In this document: positions 58,344 through 64,000 of the stretch, piece after piece
Numbering within the stretch: position 1 is the first letter of the stretch
How the letters are laid out: each line of letters starts with the position of its first letter
From: Macrostomum lignano
Taxonomy: Eukaryota
Direction of reading: 5' to 3'
DNA length: 64,000 nucleotides
Assembly: GCA_002269645.1 (NCBI GenBank)
Contig: NIVC01000912.1
Span: 7,253-71,252, forward strand
The notes under the pieces: generated by a model
Databases searched by the model: none
Seen by the model: the letters and a program-made list of their open reading frames with translations, nothing else
What the model was told of the DNA's origin: nothing
Translations under genes and position numbers: made by a program

Positions 58344-61300
58344 ATGGAAAGAAAATCTTCCGAAAAAGCTTCAAAGCAGCCGCCAGAGAAGCAGCACCGA
58401 CCAGCGCGGCTGTGACGGAGCTGATGATCTCGAGGCTGAACAAGTTGAAGGCGTCTGGACTGTATGACGAGTCGGTGCTGACATCTGTCGGAATGGCACG
58501 GGCTCTGCTGTCGAGTGGTGCAACACCCGGATCGATGGAACGCCTCGACGGTGCGTTGGATTCTTACAAGAAGCAAGCGTCAGATAGAGACGCTCTTCTG
58601 GCCGCGGCTGTCGTTGACAAGGAAGATGGCGTACAACCGGACGAGACTCCAAAGTCAGAAGCTCCTGCAGCTGAGGTCGAGAAGCCACAGGTTTCCACGG
58701 ACGAGGTTGGAAAGCGTGTCGAGTCAAAGCAGCCGCCAGAGGAAGCAGCACCGACCAGCGCGGCTGTGACGGAGCTGATGATCTCGAGGCTGAACAAGTT
58801 GAAGGCGTCTGGACTGTATGACGAGTCGTGCTGACATCTGTCGGAATGGCACGGGCTCTGCTGTCGAGTGGTGCAACACCCGGATCGATGGAACGCCTCG
58901 ACGGTGCGTTGGATTCTTACAAGAAGCAAGCGTCAGATAGAGACGCTCTTCTGGCCGCGGCTGTCGTTGACAAGGAAGATGGCGTACAACCGGACGAGAC
59001 TCCAAAGTCAGAAGCTCCTGCAGCTGAGGTCGAGAAGCCACAGGTTTCCACGGACGAGGTTGGAAAGCGTGTCGAGTCAAAGCAGCCGCCAGAGGAAGCA
59101 GCACCGACCAGCGCGGCTGTGACGGAGCTGATGATCTCGAGGCTGAACAAGTTGAAGGCGTCTGGACTGTATGACGAGTCGGTGCTGACATCTGTCGGAA
59201 TGGCACGGGCTCTGCTGTCGAGTGGTGCAACACCCGGATCGATGGAACGCCTCGACGGTGCGTTGGATTCTTACAAGAAGCAAGCGTCAGATAGAGACGC
59301 TCTTCTGGCCGCGGCTGTCGTTGACAAGGAAGATGGCGTACAACCGGACGAGACTCCAAAGTCAGAAGCTCCTGCAGCTGAGGTCGAGAAGCCACGGTTT
59401 CCACGGACGAGGTTGGAAAGCGTGTCGAGTCAAAGCAGCCGCCAGAGGAAGCAGCACCGACCAGCGCGGCTGTGACGGAGCTGATGATCTCGAGGCTGAA
59501 CAAGTTGAAGGCGTCTGGACTGTATGACGAGTCGGTGCTGACATCTGTCGGAATGGCACGGGCTCTGCTGTCGAGTGGTGCAACACCCGGATCGATGGAA
59601 CGCCTCGACGGTGCGTTGGATTCTTACAAGAAGCAAGCGTCAGATAGAGACGCTCTTCTGGCCGCGGCTGTCGTTGACAAGGAAGATGGCGTACAACCGG
59701 ACGAGACTCCAAAGTCAGAAGCTCCTGCAGCTGAGGTCGAGAAGCCCACAGGTTCCACGGACGAGGTTGGAAAGCATGTCGAGTCAAAGCAGCCGCCAGA
59801 GGAAGCAGCACCGACCAGCGCGGCTGTGACGGAGCTGATGATCTCGAGGCTGAACAAGTTGAAGGCGTCTGGACTGTATGACGAGTCGGTGCTGACATCT
59901 GTCGGAATGGCACGGGCTCTGCTGTCGAGTGGTGCAACACCCGGATCGATGGAACGCCTCGACGGTGCGTTGGATTCTTACAAGAAGCAAGCGTCAGATA
60001 GAGACGCTCTTCTGGCCGCGGCTGTCGTTGACAAGGAAGATGGCGTACAACCGGACGAGACTCCAAAGTCAGAAGCTCCTGCAGCTGAGGTCGAGAAGCC
60101 ACAGGTTTCACGGACGAGGTTGGAAAGCATGTCGAGTCAAAGCAGCCGCCAGAGGAAGCAGCACCGACCAGCGCGGCTGTGACGGAGCTGATGATCTCGA
60201 GGCTGAACAAGTTGAAGGCGTCTGGACTGTATGACGAGTCGGTGCTGACATCTGTCGGAATGGCACGGGCTCTGCTGTCGAGTGGTGCAACACCCGGATC
60301 GATGGAACGCCTCGACGGTGCGTTGGATTCTTACAAGAAGCAAGCGTCAGATAGAGACGCTCTTCTGGCCGCGGCTGTCGTTGACAAGGAAGATGGCGTA
60401 CAACCGGACGAGACTCCAAAGTCAGAAGCTCCTGCAGCTGAGGTCGAGAAGCCACAGGTTTCCACGGACGAGGTTGGAAAGCGTGTCGAGTCAAAGCAGC
60501 CGCCAGAGGAAGCAGCACCGACCAGCGCGGCTGTGACGGAGCTGATGATCTCGAGGCTGAACAAGTTGAAGGCGTCTGGACTGTATGACGAGTCGGTGCT
60601 GACATCTGTCGGAATGGCACGGGCTCTGCTGTCGAGTGGTGCAACACCCGGATCGATGGAACGCCTCGACGGTGCGTTGGATTCTTACAAGAAGCAAGCG
60701 TCAGATAGAGACGCTCTTCTGGCCGCGGCTGTCGTTGACAAGGAAGATGGCGTACAACCGGACGAGACTCCAAAGTCAGAAGCTCCTGCAGCTGAGGTCG
60801 AGAAGCCACAGGTTTCCACGGACGAGGTTGGAAAGCGTGTCGAGTCAAAGCAGCCGCCAGAGGAAGCAGCACCGACCAGCGCGGCTGTGACGGAGCTGAT
60901 GATCTCGAGGCTGAACAAGTTGAAGGCGTCTGGACTGTATGACGAGTCGGTGCTGACATCTGTCGGAATGGCACGGGCTCTGCTGTCGAGTGGTGCAACA
61001 CCCGGATCGATGGAACGCCTCGACGGTGCGTTGGATTCTTACAAGAAGCAAGCGTCAGATAGAGACGCTCTTCTGGCCGCGGCTGTCGTTGACAAGGAAG
61101 ATGGCGTACAACCGGACGAGACTCCAAAGTCAGAAGCTCCTGCAGCTGAGGTCGAGAAGCCACAGGTTTCCACGGACGAGGTTGGAAAGCGTGTCGAGTC
61201 AAAGCAGCCGCCAGAGGAAGCAGCACCGACCAGCGCGGCTGTGACGGAGCTGATGATCTCGAGGCTGAACAAGTTGAAGGCGTCTGGACTGTATGACGAG

Positions 61301-64000
61301 TCGGTGCTGACATCTGTCGGAATGGCACGGGCTCTGCTGTCGAGTGGTGCAACACCCGGATCGATGGAACGCCTCGACGGTGCGTTGGATTCTTACAAGA
61401 AGCAAGCGTCAGATAGAGACGCTCTTCTGGCCGCGGCTGTCGTTGACAAGGAAGATGGCGTACAACCGGACGAGACTCCAAAGTCAGAAGCTCCTGCAGC
61501 TGAGGTCGAGAAGCCACAGGTTTCCACGGACGAGGTTGGAAAGCGTGTCGAGTCAAAGCAGCCGCCAGAGGAAGCAGCACCGACCAGCGCGGCTGTGACG
61601 GAGCTGATGATCTCGAGGCTGAACAAGTTGAAGGCGTCTGGACTGTATGACGAGTCGGTGCTGACATCTGTCGGAATGGCACGGGCTCTGCTGTCGAGTG
61701 GTGCAACACCCGGATCGATGGAACGCCTCGACGGTGCGTTGGATTCTTACAAGAAGCAAGCGTCAGATAGAGACGCTCTTCTGGCCGCGGCTGTCGTTGA
61801 CAAGGAAGATGGCGTACAACCGGACGAGACTTCAAAGTCAGAAGCTCCTGCAGCTGAGGTCGAGAAGCCACAGGTTTCCACGGACGAGGTTGGAAAGCAT
61901 GTCGAGTCAAAGCAGCCGCCAGAGGAAGCAGCACCGACCAGCGCGGCTGTGACGGAGCTGATGATCTCGAGGCTGAACAAGTTGAAGGCGTCTGGACTGT
62001 ATGACGAGTCGGTGCTGACATCTGTCGGAATGGCACGGGCTCTGCTGTCGAGTGGTGCAACACCCGGATCGATGGAACGCCTCGACGGTGCGTTGGATTC
62101 TTACAAGAAGCAAGCGTCAGATAGAGACGCTCTTCTGGCCGCGGCTGTCGTTGACAAGGAAGATGGCGTACAACCGGACGAGACTCCAAAGTCAGAAGCT
62201 CCTGCAGCTGAGGTCGAGAAGCCACGGTTTCCACGGACGAGGTTGGAAAGCGTGTCGAGTCAAAGCAGCCGCCAGAGGAAGCAGCACCGACCAGCGCGGC
62301 TGTGACGGAGCTGATGATCTCGAGGCTGAACAAGTTGAAGGCGTCTGGACTGTATGACGAGTCGGTGCTGACATCTGTCGGAATGGCACGGGCTCTGCTG
62401 TCGAGTGGTGCAACTTCCGGATCGATGGAACGCCTCGACGGTGCGTTGGATTCTTACAAGAAGCAAGCGTCAGATAGAGACGCTCTTCTGGCCGCGGCTG
62501 TCGTTGACAAGGAAGATGGCGTACAACCGGACGAGACTCCAAAGTCAGAAGCTCCTGCAGCTGAGGTCGAGAAGCCACAGGTTTCCACGGACGAGGTTGG
62601 AAAGCATGTCGAGTCAAAGCAGCCGCCAGAGGAAGCAGCACCGACCAGCGCGGCTGTGACGGAGCTGATGATCTCGAGGCTGAACAAGTTGAAGGCGTCT
62701 GGACTGTATGACGAGTCGGTGCTGACATCTGTCGGAATGGCACGGGCTCTGCTGTCGAGTGGTGCAACACCCGGATCGATGGAACGCCTCGACGGTGCGT
62801 TGGATTCTTACAAGAAGCAAGCGTCAGATAGAGACGCTCTTCTGGCCGCGGCTGTCGTTGACAAGGAAGATGGCGTACAACCGGACGAGACTCCAAAGTC
62901 AGAAGCTCCTGCAGCTGAGGTCGAGAAGCCACAGGTTTCCACGGACGAGGTTGGAAAGCGTGTCGAGTCAAAGCAGCCGCCAGAGGAAGCAGCACCGACC
63001 AGCGCGGCTGTGACGGAGCTGATGATCTCGAGGCTGAACAAGTTGAAGGCGTCTGGACTGTATGACGAGTCGGTGCTGACATCTGTCGGAATGGCACGGG
63101 CTCTGCTGTCGAGTGGTGCAACACCCGGATCGATGGAACGCCTCGACGGTGCGTTGGATTCTTACAAGAAGCAAGCGTCAGATAGAGACGCTCTTCTGGC
63201 CGCGGCTGTCGTTGACAAGGAAGATGGCGTACAACCGGACGAGACTCCAAAGTCAGAAGCTCCTGCAGCTGAGGTCGAGAAGCCACAGGTTTCCACGGAC
63301 GAGGTTGGAAAGCGTGTCGAGTCAAAGCAGCCGCCAGAGGAAGCAGCAGCACCGACCAGCGCGGCTGTGACGGAGCTGATGATCTCGAGGCTGAACAAGT
63401 TGAAGGCGTCTGGACTGTATGACGAGTCGGTGCTGACATCTGTCGGAATGGCACGGGCTCTGCTGTCGAGTGGTGCAACACCCGGATCGATGGAACGCCT
63501 CGACGGTGCGTTGGATTCTTACAAGAAGCAAGCGTCAGATAGAGACGCTCTTCTGGCCGCGGCTGTCGTTGACAAGGAAGATGGCGTACAACCGGACGAG
63601 ACTCCAAAGTCAGAAGCTCCTGCAGCTGAGGTCGAGAAGCCACAGGTTTCCACGGACGAGGTTGGAAAGCGTGTCGAGTCAAAGCAGCCGCCAGAGGAAG
63701 CAGCACCGACCAGCGCGGCTGTGACGGAGCTGATGATCTCGAGGCTGAACAAGTTGAAGGCGTCTGGACTGTATGACGAGTCGGTGCTGACATCTGTCGG
63801 AATGGCACGGGCTCTGCTGTCGAGTGGTGCAACACCCGGATCGATGGAACGCCTCGACGGTGCGTTGGATTCTTACAAGAAGCAAGCGTCAGATAGAGAC
63901 GCTCTTCTGGCCGCGGCTGTCGTTGACAAGGAAGATGGCGTACAACCGGACGAGACTCCAAAAGTCAGAAGCCTCCTGCAGCTGAGGTCGAGAAGCACAG
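58344..64000 (+). CDS. Putative giant repeat protein of 118-aa units; frameshifted in this sequence, function unknown
   Basis: Unit length is a multiple of 3 and stop-free in one + frame (708 aa uninterrupted at 60179-62305). ATG at 58344 (MERKSSEKASKQPPE) merges into the repeat phase if one missing G near 58387 is restored. Confidence 0.5.
58371..64000 (+). repeat. 354-bp tandem array, about 16 near-identical copies, continuing beyond the window
   Basis: Unit recurs every 354 nt with rare 1-nt indels and substitutions. Confidence 0.98.

Overview
Eukaryotic (metazoan) genomic DNA: GC-rich exons, AT-rich spacers and about 30 different tandem repeats. The double alpha-crystallin small HSP, short basal introns and repeat load suggest a flatworm such as Macrostomum; this is inference only. 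Hand-built gene models, left to right: 5' part of an ANKRD26-like ankyrin gene (-); an incomplete PAF-acetylhydrolase-family gene (+); an intronless heat-inducible two-domain small HSP (+); a 12-exon NHE1-5-type Na+/H+ exchanger (+); an anticodon-less tRNA-Ala; a His/Gln-rich two-TM orphan (+); a calmodulin-like EF-hand protein (-); a Tc1 transposase remnant; an internally shortened alpha-catulin-like gene (-) with a probable solo LTR upstream; a chimeric basonuclin/disco zinc finger + degenerate bromodomain + BRD7/9 DUF3512 gene (+); neuferricin (+); epsilon-tubulin with a GC-AG intron (+); and a 354-bp tandem array of about 16 copies, running off the window, that encodes an unrecognised 118-aa repeat. 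Best leads: the zinc finger-BRD7/9 fusion, the 118-aa repeat array, the anticodon-less tRNA-Ala, and introns that are each inflated by their own private minisatellite. Most long ORFs in the supplied track are translations of repeats. Family assignments come from recalled motifs, not database searches.
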